From positions 2,592,001 to 2,656,000 of the forward strand of contig CAVOFT010000001.1 in assembly GCA_963695095.1 (NCBI GenBank): a stretch of DNA of 64,000 nucleotides, given 5' to 3'. The DNA comes from an uncultured bacterium (GTDB lineage Bacteria > Krumholzibacteriota > Krumholzibacteriia > JACNKJ01). The position numbers and the translations under genes were made by a program. The stretch's first letter is position 1. Each line of letters starts with the position of its first letter. Positions 43,286-52,409 of this stretch are shown here, in pieces. A model generated the notes under the pieces. That model searched no databases, was not told where the DNA came from, and worked only from the letters and a program-made list of their open reading frames with translations.

Positions 43286-44260
43286 CTAGGCCTGGGGCTC
43301 GCGGTTGGCGAGCGCTGCGCGCGCATTGCGGGCGAGCCGCGTTTCGCCGGCGCGCATGAGGGCCGTCCCCGCGAAGCGGGCGAGGAAGGCGGCGCGGTCC
43401 AGGCTCAGCAGCTCGGCGAGCAGGGGCCGCTGCAGGCCCGGGCGCGGAGCGAAGTCGGCCTCGCGCGTCGGCGGGGCCTCGCGATTCCAGGGGCAGACCT
43501 CCTGGCAGATGTCGCAGCCGAAGACATGCTCGCCCAGCAGCGCCGCCTCGCCGGGGGCGAACTCCCCCTTCGTCTCGATCGTGAGCGTGCTGATGCAGAG
43601 CCTCGCGTCCAGCCAGCCCGGGCGCTCGGGCGCGAGCGCGCCCGTGGGGCAGGCCTCCAGGCAGGCCGTGCAGCGGCCGCAGCGCTCGGCGACGGGACCG
43701 TCCGGCGGCAGCGCGAGGTCGGTGATCAGCGCGCCCAGGAAGGTGTAGGAGCCCAGGCGCTCGTCGATGAGCAGGGTGTTCTTGCCGATCCAGCCCAGGC
43801 CCGCCCCCGCCGCCAGCGAGCGCTCGAGCAGGGGCGCCGAGTCGACGCAGACGCGGCTGCGCTGCGCCCCCCAGTCCCGCGCCAGCAGGGCGGCCGCTTG
43901 CTTCAGCTTGCCCCGCAGCACCTTGTGGTAGTCCCGGCCCCAGGCATAGCGGCTCACCCAGCCGCGGCCCGCCTCGCGCGGGGCCAGGCTGCCGGGATCC
44001 GGCACGTGGTAGTTCAGCGAGACGAGAACGAGGCTGCGCGCTTCCGGGAGCAAGGCGGCCGGATCGCGCCTCGCCTCGCGCTGCCGCTCGAGGTAGGCCA
44101 TGGGCCCGGCATGGCCGCGCGCCAGCCACTCGTCGTAGCGGGCGTGGTCGGCGACGGGACCGGCGCGGGCAAAGCCCACGCGCTCGAAGCCGAGGGCGAG
44201 CAGGGCGCTCCTCAGGCGCGCTGCGGCCTGGGGATCGAGAGCGGCGGCTTCAGCGGCCAT
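43286..44260 (-). CDS. queG: tRNA epoxyqueuosine reductase
   Basis: SRYAWGRDYH, GLGWIGKN, CGRCTACLEACPT, FGCDICQEVCPWN. Confidence 0.96.
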   Translation of the reverse strand: MAAEAAALDPQAAARLRSALLALGFERVGFARAGPVADHARYDEWLARGHAGPMAYLERQREARRDPAALLPEARSLVLVSLNYHVPDPGSLAPREAGRGWVSRYAWGRDYHKVLRGKLKQAAALLARDWGAQRSRVCVDSAPLLERSLAAGAGLGWIGKNTLLIDERLGSYTFLGALITDLALPPDGPVAERCGRCTACLEACPTGALAPERPGWLDARLCISTLTIETKGEFAPGEAALLGEHVFGCDICQEVCPWNREAPPTREADFAPRPGLQRPLLAELLSLDRAAFLARFAGTALMRAGETRLARNARAALANREPQA

Positions 44261-44298
44261 GGAGGCTCCAGGGCGCCGGACCGGCGCCGCCCCGCCAG

Positions 44299-45141
44299 CT
44301 AGAGGCGGAGGGCGAGGCCGGCCTCCGGCACGAGGGCGCGATAGAGCGCCTTGATGTCGTCTCGCGGCAGCCGCAGCGTGATCACCGTCTCGTGCGGGGG
44401 CAGCTCGCGCTGCACGAGAGCCGTGAAGGCCGCCCAGGCCTCGTCCTTGCGCGCCTGCCGGCGCTGGTCCTGCTCGGCCTTCAGGGCCGCCGGCGCCGGC
44501 GTTTCGAGCTGGCGCAGGTCCAGGGTCAGCCCGCCGTCGATGCGCAGGACATAGTGCAGGTCCGGCTCCTCGGGCTCGAGCTTGCGCGGCCCCGCCTGCT
44601 GCGCTTCGAGCGTGTCTTTGGGCGCGATCTCGATGCGGATCGGCTCCTTCGGCAGGGTGGCCACTTCGCCGAGGATGCCGAAGGGGCGCGCCAGCCGCTC
44701 GCGGAACTCGCGCCGCTGGAGCCGCCGGCCGACGAGAGCGCCGCGCTCGATGCCCGCCAGCTTGCAGCGCCTGACGGCGACGCCGCGAATCTCGAGGATG
44801 GCCAGGCTGTCCACCAGGTCCACGGCCAGACAGGGCACGCCCCGTCCGGACAGCTCCACGCGGGCCTTCCAGAAGGCCTCGTCGAGGATCAGCCGCAGGG
44901 CTTCGCCGCGGGGGGCGGCGGCGTCGGGCGCTTCCGGGCTCCCGGCCGCCAGGATGGCCGCCACGGGCTTGCGCACGGCGAGCAGGTAGGCCGCCGCCGT
45001 CGGGATGGCTGCGATGAGGAGCATCAGGAGCAGCGCGGCCAGCCAGCGCCAGCGGCGCCGCGGCCGCCGCGGCGGGGCAGCGCCACCGCCTCTCGGCTCG
45101 GCCATCGGGCGGGTCGCCTTGTGCACGCGCTCGTCCCCCAT
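44299..45141 (-). CDS. Membrane-anchored hypothetical protein, possibly a degenerate YkuD-fold (non-catalytic L,D-transpeptidase-like) protein
   Basis: TGATG coupling to upstream LDT; N-terminal TM; C-terminus 'ITLRLPRDDIKALYRAL' parallels the LDT 'CIRLGDADLEVIYESL' but lacks His/Cys. Confidence 0.55.
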   Translation of the reverse strand: MGDERVHKATRPMAEPRGGGAAPPRRPRRRWRWLAALLLMLLIAAIPTAAAYLLAVRKPVAAILAAGSPEAPDAAAPRGEALRLILDEAFWKARVELSGRGVPCLAVDLVDSLAILEIRGVAVRRCKLAGIERGALVGRRLQRREFRERLARPFGILGEVATLPKEPIRIEIAPKDTLEAQQAGPRKLEPEEPDLHYVLRIDGGLTLDLRQLETPAPAALKAEQDQRRQARKDEAWAAFTALVQRELPPHETVITLRLPRDDIKALYRALVPEAGLALRL

Positions 45142-45803
45142 CAGTAGATGTAGACCGGCGAGCCCACGGCGAGGCTCTCGTAGATGACTTCCAGGTCGGC
45201 GTCGCCCAGGCGGATGCAGCCGTGGGTAACCGGCTGGCCGAGCAGGCGCTGGTAGAGCGTGCCGTGAATGAGATAGCCGTCGCCGATGCTCATGGCGTAG
45301 TCGCCCAGCACGTTGGGCTCGTAGCGCTCGCGCGCCCCGGGCCCGGGCACCGGCAGGCCCTCCTCGATGAAGGCCCAGTCGGGCTTGACCCACACGGGGC
45401 TGGTCTTCTTCAACTGGATGAAGTAGCGACCGCGCGGCGTGCGGAAGATCCACTGCCGATCGTCCTTGGCCTTGAGCATCACGTAGCTGCCCGTCGAGCA
45501 GACGCCGTCGCGCAGGACCCGCGTGCCCGTCATCAGGGCGAAGCGATTGCCCGGCGTGTCGATGACGAGGTAGTTGCGCCGCGGCGTGAGCGCGGCGTGC
45601 CGGCGCTCGAGGTCGCGGATGCGCGCGGCGCGTTGCTTCAATTCGGATGCCCTGGCTTCCTGCGCCGGCACCTCGCTGCGGGCGACGCCCCGCGCCAGCA
45701 GCCGCTCGCGAAGGGAGGGCGCCCAGAGCAGGATGGCGGCGGCGGCGGCGAGGCCGAGCAGGGCCGCGATGAGCACGGTGAAGGTTCTAAGACCAGGCCC
45801 CAT
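45141..45803 (-). CDS. L,D-transpeptidase (YkuD family)
   Basis: FRTPRG, YLIHGT...GQPVTHGCIRL. Confidence 0.92.
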   Translation of the reverse strand: MGPGLRTFTVLIAALLGLAAAAAILLWAPSLRERLLARGVARSEVPAQEARASELKQRAARIRDLERRHAALTPRRNYLVIDTPGNRFALMTGTRVLRDGVCSTGSYVMLKAKDDRQWIFRTPRGRYFIQLKKTSPVWVKPDWAFIEEGLPVPGPGARERYEPNVLGDYAMSIGDGYLIHGTLYQRLLGQPVTHGCIRLGDADLEVIYESLAVGSPVYIY

Positions 45804-45814
45804 GTGCGCCGTCC

Positions 45815-47011
45815 TCAGCGGGAGGCGGAGCTGCGGGCCTTCGCCGCGCGGGACTCCGCCCCGTTGGCGGGGGGCGCCAGGGCGCCGACGATGAGCACGG
45901 GCGTGCCCACCTGGGCGAGGGCGAACACCTTGTCCATGTGCTCGTTGCGCAGGGCAACGCAGCCCTCGGTCCAATCGGCGCCGCGGCCGCCGTGCCCGTG
46001 GATTTCGATGAGACTGCCGGGAGAGGCCCCGGCGGGAATCTCGCCGCGCTTCTTGGCGGCCCGCAAGCGCGCCAGGTCCGCCTCGTTCGGGTAGTCGATG
46101 TCCAGCGCCTTGTAGTACTTCGTGCTGCCGGGGCCGCGCTTGCGCTTGACCTTGTAGCGGCCCTCGGGCGTCGCCTTGTCGCCCCGCATGCGCTTGGTGC
46201 CGACCCAGTTGGTGCTCAGCTCCACGGGATAGCTGGCCGCCAGCCGGCCGCCCTGGTAGACGCGGCAGGAGCGGCCGAGCTTGTCGACGATGATGGCCGT
46301 GGCCTGGCTGCGCTTGGACCAGGCGATGGTCTCGGCGGCCTCGGCCTGCCAGCGGGGCAGCGCGTCGAGGTAGCCACCGAACTCCCGATGCGCCGACTTG
46401 GCGGCCCCGCCGATCGAGGCCTCCGCCTCGGCACCCAGCTTGGCGGCCTCGGCGAGATCGCCGCGCTCGAGCGCGCGCTGGCTGCGGCCGAGGAGCACGC
46501 GGCCCTCGGCGGCGCGCCGGCGCAGGGAACTGCGCAGGGGCAGCTCTCCGAACTCGGCCTGATAACCTCCCAGCAGCTCCTGGCTCCTCGCGATGCGCCG
46601 GTCGGCCAGGGCGCGCAGGGAGTCCTGCACAGCGAGCGAGTGCGTGCTGGCCTGGCCGGCCAGCCGCAAGGCGTCGAGGGCGTTCGTACGCGCGGCCTCG
46701 AAGTCCCGCAGGGGACGCCAGCGAGTGTTCTCCATTTGCCAGGAGATCTTGGCCGTGGCGAGGGCCGATTCGGCGCTGGCCAGGGGCACCGGCGCGTAGC
46801 GCTCCGCGCGGTCCTCGTGCGCCTGCCCCACCGCCTGCGCCGCCCGCTCCACGAGGGCAAGGGGCGGACGCTCGGCGGTGAAGTAGGCCACGCAAACGAC
46901 AATGGCCCCGAGGACGCCGAAGATGGCGGCGACGAGGCCAAGAAGTCGCCCGACGCGGCGATGTCCGCCCCCGGCCTTGCGGCCGGGGGTTCGATCACCG
47001 CGACCAATCAA
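45815..47011 (-). CDS. L,D-transpeptidase family protein (YafK/DpaA-like catalytic domain) with helical N-terminal region
   Basis: KRMRGDKATPEGRY, IDYPN, IEIHGHGG...DWTEGCVAL. Confidence 0.88.
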   Translation of the reverse strand: MIGRGDRTPGRKAGGGHRRVGRLLGLVAAIFGVLGAIVVCVAYFTAERPPLALVERAAQAVGQAHEDRAERYAPVPLASAESALATAKISWQMENTRWRPLRDFEAARTNALDALRLAGQASTHSLAVQDSLRALADRRIARSQELLGGYQAEFGELPLRSSLRRRAAEGRVLLGRSQRALERGDLAEAAKLGAEAEASIGGAAKSAHREFGGYLDALPRWQAEAAETIAWSKRSQATAIIVDKLGRSCRVYQGGRLAASYPVELSTNWVGTKRMRGDKATPEGRYKVKRKRGPGSTKYYKALDIDYPNEADLARLRAAKKRGEIPAGASPGSLIEIHGHGGRGADWTEGCVALRNEHMDKVFALAQVGTPVLIVGALAPPANGAESRAAKARSSASR

Positions 47012-47616
47012 CGCTTGCCCATCGTCTTCTTTTCGATGGCCGCGGTCAGCTCGGCGCTGATGGCCTTGACCGTCTCGGTGGCCGCCCGCGCGGTGTCCCG
47101 AGCGCCGAAGTAATCAGCCGCGGCCCGCGAGGCCTGCGCCGTCACCAGCGCCTGCTCCACGGCCGCGATCTCGCCCTTCATCGCCTCGAGGACGGCAGCG
47201 CCATCCTTGCCGCGGGGGGCCTTCTCGATCAGGGCCTTCGCCTCGGCGATGGCCGCTTCGAGCATGGTGATCGACTCGGCGGACTCCGCCATCACGCGCG
47301 CCTTGTTCTCGGCCGCCATGCGCACCGAGGACTCGGCCATGCCGCGCGCGCTGATCAGCCGCTGCTCGGCGAGATCGTACTTGCGCGTGAACATGTTCTT
47401 GGAATTCTGCTTCTCGATCTCGGTCATCGCGGCCTCGAGCGAATCGCTGGCAGCGCGGAACTGCTCGGGCGCATACAGAGGCGCCTCGGCCACGCGTGCC
47501 GAATCAACGGCAGAGCGCGCGGCAGTGACTGCCTCCTGGGGAACCTTGGCGCAGCCAAGGGCCAGCAGGCCCAGCGCCATGCTCAGGCCCCAGACGCGCA
47601 GTAGGTTCTTGGACAT
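47008..47616 (-). CDS. DUF4398-like helical lipoprotein
   Basis: GGAGG RBS; lipobox LALGC; 'CAKVPQEAVTAARSAVDSARVAEAPLYAP'. Confidence 0.75.
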   Translation of the reverse strand: MSKNLLRVWGLSMALGLLALGCAKVPQEAVTAARSAVDSARVAEAPLYAPEQFRAASDSLEAAMTEIEKQNSKNMFTRKYDLAEQRLISARGMAESSVRMAAENKARVMAESAESITMLEAAIAEAKALIEKAPRGKDGAAVLEAMKGEIAAVEQALVTAQASRAAADYFGARDTARAATETVKAISAELTAAIEKKTMGKR

Positions 47617-47657
47617 CTGCACACCTCCCTGGACCCGGGTTCTGAGGTGCCCGGGCC

Positions 47658-47687
47658 AAAAAAAAAGCACAGCCGCAGTGGCTACGC
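47658..47687 (-). terminator. Terminator/attenuator within the leader of the DUF4398-LDT operon
   Basis: GCGTAGCC-ACTGC-GGCTGTGC stem followed by T9; lies between a candidate promoter (TTGCAT-16-TACCAT, 47763..47736) and the RBS. Confidence 0.6.
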
Positions 47688-48131
47688 CTGAGAATTATGC
47701 CTCCCGCCGGAAGCGGCGGCGTTTGAATGGTGGGCATGGTATAGCGGATTCCCAGAAATGCAAGATGTTCCTTTTCGCCTTCCGCCAGAGACCCACCGTC
47801 GACGATCCATCACGAGGGACATCCTAGCGGGGATCCGCAGCTTCGACCAGAAGAAATGCTCAGGCCGAGAAGCGCTGAGGGGAGCGCTGGGAAGCGTCGA
47901 CCCGACGCCGGGAAGAGCGGCGCCTGGAACCTCGATTCCTATATATCATGCGTGTATCAATCATGGCGGACAGCCGCAACTCGCAGCCACGCCAGCCCTT
48001 CGCCGCCCAGCACCGAGTTGAAGGTGACTGCGTGGCTGTGCCCGGTGCCGTCGGGCTGCAGGTGGCGAGGAGCCCCGCCTTGGCCAGGAATCCACATCTG
48101 TCCAAGCTCGCCTCCCGCCGGACTCGCCCGG

Positions 48132-51100
48132 CTAGCTGGCGCTGGGGCGGCCGCCGGGCAGGGCCAGCGCCTGCTCCCCGCCCGCTGCCGCCAGGGATGC
48201 CGGCGCCGCCGGCTTCTCCTCGATGCCGATCGCCTCGGCCCGCGTGAAGCGCGCGAGCAGGCTGTAGACCACCGGCACCACGACCAGCGTGAGGAAGGTC
48301 GAGAAGAGGATGCCGCCGACGATGGCGATGCCCAGCGGCTGGCGCGATTCGGCGCCTGCGCCCAGGCCCAGCGCGATGGGCAGGATGCCGAAGACGGTCG
48401 ACAGGCTGGTCATCAGGATCGGGCGCAGGCGGATCCGCGCCGCCTCCTGCACCGCCGCGAGGATCGACTCCCCCCGCCCGCGCAGCTGGTTGCTGAACTC
48501 GACGATGAGGATGGCGTTCTTCGTCACCAGGCCGATCAGCATGACGAGACCGATCTGCGAGAAGATGTTCAGGCTCTGGCGCAGCACGAAGAGCGAGACG
48601 ACGGCGCCGACCAGGGCCAGCGGCACGGAGAGCAGGATCGTGAAGGGGTGCACGAAGCTCTCGAACTGCGCCGCGAGGACGAGGAAGATGAAGACGAGCG
48701 CCAGCAGGAACATGAAGGCGAGACTGCCGCTGCTCTCGCGGTACTCGCGCGACTGCCCGGCCAGCTCGGTGCGGATTCCGGCCGGCAGCTCCGTGCGCGC
48801 GATCTCGTCGAGCGCGCCCAGGGCGCTGCCGAGATCGACGCCGGGGGCGAGGTTGGCGGTGATCGTCGCCGAGCGCTCGCGGTTGTAGTGGTTGAGCGAC
48901 TTGGGCGCCGGCGTCTCCTCCACGCTGACCAGGTTCGCCAGCGGAATCAGCTCGCCGCCGGCCGCGCGCAGGTGGATCTCGCGGATGACATCCGGAGTTG
49001 CGCGCTGACTCGCGCGCAGCTGGGCGATGACGTCGTACTGCTCGGTGCCCTGCTTGAAGTCGCCGATCACCCGGCCGCCGAGGAAGGTCTCCAGGGTGCC
49101 GCCGATGTCGGCGACGGAGACGCCGAGGGCCGCCGCCCGCTCGCGCTCGATGTTGATCTCCAGCTGGGGCTTGTTCAGGCGCAGGTCGCTGTCCAGGTTG
49201 ACGAGGTAGCCGAGCCCCTGGGCCTTGGCCATGAAGCTCTGCACCGCGGTGTTCAGCTCATCGTAGCTGTCCGCCTTGAGCACGTAGCTGATGGCCGAGG
49301 AGCTGCCGCGCCCGGCGAGGCTCGGCGGATTGACGACGAAGGCCAGCACGCCGGGGATGCCCATCAGGCGCGGAAAGAGCGAGGCGACGATCTCCTGCTG
49401 CGAGCGCTCGCGCTCCGCGCGCGGCTTGAGCGAGAGGAAGAGGAAGCCGTTCGTCACGCTGCCCGGCCCGCCGAAGCCCAGGCCCGTGGCGCTGAAGAGG
49501 CCGCGGCGTTCGGGCAGATCCAGGAGCACCGCTTCGATCTGGCGCATGTTGCGGTCCGAGTACTCGAGCGTGGCGCCTTCCGGCGCGATGACGATGCCGA
49601 AGCCGACGCCGCGATCCTCGACGGGCACCAGCTCGCGGGGCAGCCGCTGCCAGAGCCAGCCGGTGCCGGCGAGCAGGAGCAGCGCCAGGGCGAGCACCAG
49701 CGGCCGGTGCGCCAGCGCGAAGCGCAGCGTCGCGGCGTAGGCCCCGTCCAGCCAGCGGAAGAAGGCCTCGAAGGAGCGGTCGCTCCACTTGCGGCGCCCG
49801 TCGCGCTCGGCGCGACGGAGCATCACCGAGCAGAGCATCGGCGTCAGGGTCAGCGCCACGAAGGTGGAAATGGCCACGGCGACGGCCAGGGTAAGGCCGA
49901 ACTCGCGGAAGAGGCGGCCCACCGAGCCGGTCAGGAAGGCCACCGGGATGAAGACGGCGACGAGCACCACCGAGGTGGCGATGACGGCGAAGACGATCTC
50001 GTCCATCGCATCGCGCGCAGCCACGCGCCGCGGCTTGCCCATCTCGAGGTGGCGGAAGCTGTTCTCGAGCACGACGATGGCGTCGTCGACCACCAGGCCG
50101 ATCGCCAGCACCAGCGCGAGCAGGGTGATGATGTTGATCGAGAAGCCGAGGGCGAAGGCCACCGTGAAGGCGCCGATGATGGCGATCGGGATGGCCACGA
50201 TCGGGATCAGCGTCGCGCGCAGGCTCTTGAGGAAGAGCAGCACGATGAGCACCACGAGGCCCGTGGCCAGCAGCAGCGTGCTGCCGATCTCGTTGATCGA
50301 CTCCTCGATGAAGGTGGCGGAGTTGTAGGCCGTCTCCAGCTGCATCCCCGCCGGCAGGCTCGCCTGCAGCTCGGGCAGCGCTGACTGCACGGCCTTGCCG
50401 ACGGCGACCGTGCTCGCCTCCTTCTGCTTGACGATGCCCAGGCCGACGGCGGGCTGCCCGTTGAAGCGCGTGATCGTGCGCTCGTCCTCGGGGCCGATCT
50501 CGATCTCGGCCACGTCGCCCAGGCGGACGAGATTGTCGCCTTGCTGGCGGACGATGATCGCCGCGAATTCCTCGGGGCTGTGCAGCTCGCCGCGCGTGCG
50601 CAGGGGGAACTCCCGGCCTGTGCCCTCGATGCGGCCGGCCGGCGTCTCGATGTTCTCGGTGCGGATCGCGCGCTCCACGTCCTGGCTGGTGAGCCCGCGC
50701 GCCATCATGCGCTGCGGATCCAGCCAGATGCGCATCGCGTAGCGCCGCTCGCCGCCGATGAACACGGTGCCGACGCCCGGCACCCGCTGCAGGCGCTCCT
50801 TGAGCACGCGATCGGCCACTTCCGAGAGCTCGAGCGTGGAATGGCGGTCGCTGAGGAAGGCCAGCCAGATGATGGGCTGCGCGTCGACGTCCACCTTGGC
50901 GACGACGGGGTCGTCCGCCTCGCGCGGCAGGCGGCCGCTCGCGCGCGAAACGCGGTCGCGCACGTCGTTGGCGGCCACGTCGACATCGCGATTCAGCTCG
51001 AACTCGATCGTGATGCGCGAGCCCTGCTCGAGGCTGGAGCTGGTCAGGCTCTTGACGCCCTCGATCGTGGAGAACTGCTCCTCGAGGACGTTCGTGATCT

Positions 51101-51284
51101 CCGTCTCGACGACGCTCGGGCTGGCGCCGCGGTAGAGCGTGGTGACGGAGACGACCGGCGGCTCGATGTCCGGATACTCGCGCACCGGCAAGCGCAGGAA
51201 GGCGATCACGCCGAGCAGCGTGATCGTCAGGCTCATGACGACCGCGAGCACCGGCCGCCGGATGCTGAGCTCGCTGAGCTTCAT
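48132..51284 (-). CDS. RND efflux permease (AcrB/MexW-like)
   Basis: SIRRPVLA, LPVREYPDIEPP, AIGLVVDDAIVVLEN, RLRPILMTS. Confidence 0.96.
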   Translation of the reverse strand: MKLSELSIRRPVLAVVMSLTITLLGVIAFLRLPVREYPDIEPPVVSVTTLYRGASPSVVETEITNVLEEQFSTIEGVKSLTSSSLEQGSRITIEFELNRDVDVAANDVRDRVSRASGRLPREADDPVVAKVDVDAQPIIWLAFLSDRHSTLELSEVADRVLKERLQRVPGVGTVFIGGERRYAMRIWLDPQRMMARGLTSQDVERAIRTENIETPAGRIEGTGREFPLRTRGELHSPEEFAAIIVRQQGDNLVRLGDVAEIEIGPEDERTITRFNGQPAVGLGIVKQKEASTVAVGKAVQSALPELQASLPAGMQLETAYNSATFIEESINEIGSTLLLATGLVVLIVLLFLKSLRATLIPIVAIPIAIIGAFTVAFALGFSINIITLLALVLAIGLVVDDAIVVLENSFRHLEMGKPRRVAARDAMDEIVFAVIATSVVLVAVFIPVAFLTGSVGRLFREFGLTLAVAVAISTFVALTLTPMLCSVMLRRAERDGRRKWSDRSFEAFFRWLDGAYAATLRFALAHRPLVLALALLLLAGTGWLWQRLPRELVPVEDRGVGFGIVIAPEGATLEYSDRNMRQIEAVLLDLPERRGLFSATGLGFGGPGSVTNGFLFLSLKPRAERERSQQEIVASLFPRLMGIPGVLAFVVNPPSLAGRGSSSAISYVLKADSYDELNTAVQSFMAKAQGLGYLVNLDSDLRLNKPQLEINIERERAAALGVSVADIGGTLETFLGGRVIGDFKQGTEQYDVIAQLRASQRATPDVIREIHLRAAGGELIPLANLVSVEETPAPKSLNHYNRERSATITANLAPGVDLGSALGALDEIARTELPAGIRTELAGQSREYRESSGSLAFMFLLALVFIFLVLAAQFESFVHPFTILLSVPLALVGAVVSLFVLRQSLNIFSQIGLVMLIGLVTKNAILIVEFSNQLRGRGESILAAVQEAARIRLRPILMTSLSTVFGILPIALGLGAGAESRQPLGIAIVGGILFSTFLTLVVVPVVYSLLARFTRAEAIGIEEKPAAPASLAAAGGEQALALPGGRPSAS

Positions 51285-52409
51285 GCGCCGCCTCCCGGCC
51301 CGGCGGCCGCGGCCGGCGGGCCGCCCGGCGCGCCGGCGGCGATCGGCAGCACCTTCGCGCCGGGAAAGACCTTCTGGTGGCCCGCGCGCACGACCTGCTC
51401 CCCGGCCGCCAGGCCGCTGAGGATCTCCACGGTCTCCGCCTGGCGCAGGCCGAGGGTCACCGGGCGCGGGCTGATCGTGCTGTCCGCACCGATCACGTAG
51501 ACCATCATCTGACCGCCCTGGATGAAGACGGCTTCGCTGGGCAGGGTGAGGGCGTCCTCGCGGCTGTCCAGCACCACGGACACCGCGGCCGACATGCCGG
51601 GCCTGAGCAGGCGGTCGGGATTGGCGAGGCGGGCGATGACGCGCGCGCTGCGCGTGGCGGCATCGAGCTCCGGTTCGATGATGTCCACCGTGCCGGTCAG
51701 CGCGCTGTCCGGATAGGCGATCGTCGTCACGGCGACCGCGGCGCCGCGCGCGAGCTGGCCGAGCAGGCGCTCGGGCGCGCTGAAGTTGACGCGCAGCTCG
51801 TCGTAACGCGAGAGCTCGGTGATGGCCGTGCCCGCGCGCAGATAGGCGCCCGGGCTCACCCGCCGGGCGCCGAGAACGCCGGCGAAGGGGGCCGTGATGC
51901 GCGCCTTGGCCAGGCGGGTCTCGGCCAGCGCGAGCTCGGCCTCGGCCACCTTGAGGGCCGCCGCCGCGTCGTCGAGATCCTGGGCCGAGCCCGCCCCGGC
52001 CGCCACCACCGCCGCGATGCGGACGTGGCTCGCCTGCCGCTGATCGCGCAGGGCGGCGGCCCGCGCGGCCTGGGCGCGCAGCTCCGCGTCGTCGAGCTGG
52101 GCGATGAGAGCGCCCGCCGCGATCGGCTGGCCCTCCCGGAAGGGCAGGGCGACGACGGCGGCGTCGATCTCGCTGACGACGGTGATCGCCTCGCTGGCCG
52201 CCAGCGTGCCGACGACCGTGAAGCGGTCGATCAGGGTGCCGGCCGTGGCCGCCGCGGTCTCGACCGGCAGGGGCGGCATGCTGAAGCCGCCGCCGCCGGC
52301 TTCGCTGCTTGCCGCCGCAGCCGGCGATCAGGGCGAGCGCCGGCAGCGCGAGTCCGAACAGGGCGCCGGCCAGCGGCCACCGGCGGGACAGGGCAGAGGA
52401 CGGGTTCAC
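51281..52409 (-). CDS. RND periplasmic adaptor lipoprotein (frameshift near 52305)
   Basis: GTG start, lipobox LIAGC; ORF 51281..52279 has ITAPFAG, LRPGM, GLAAGEQVV. Confidence 0.88.

Noticed and set aside
47960..48105. Cobalamin riboswitch or self-cleaving ribozyme
   Set aside because: Only scattered fragments (CCGCAACT, GCCAGGA); core consensus elements are missing.
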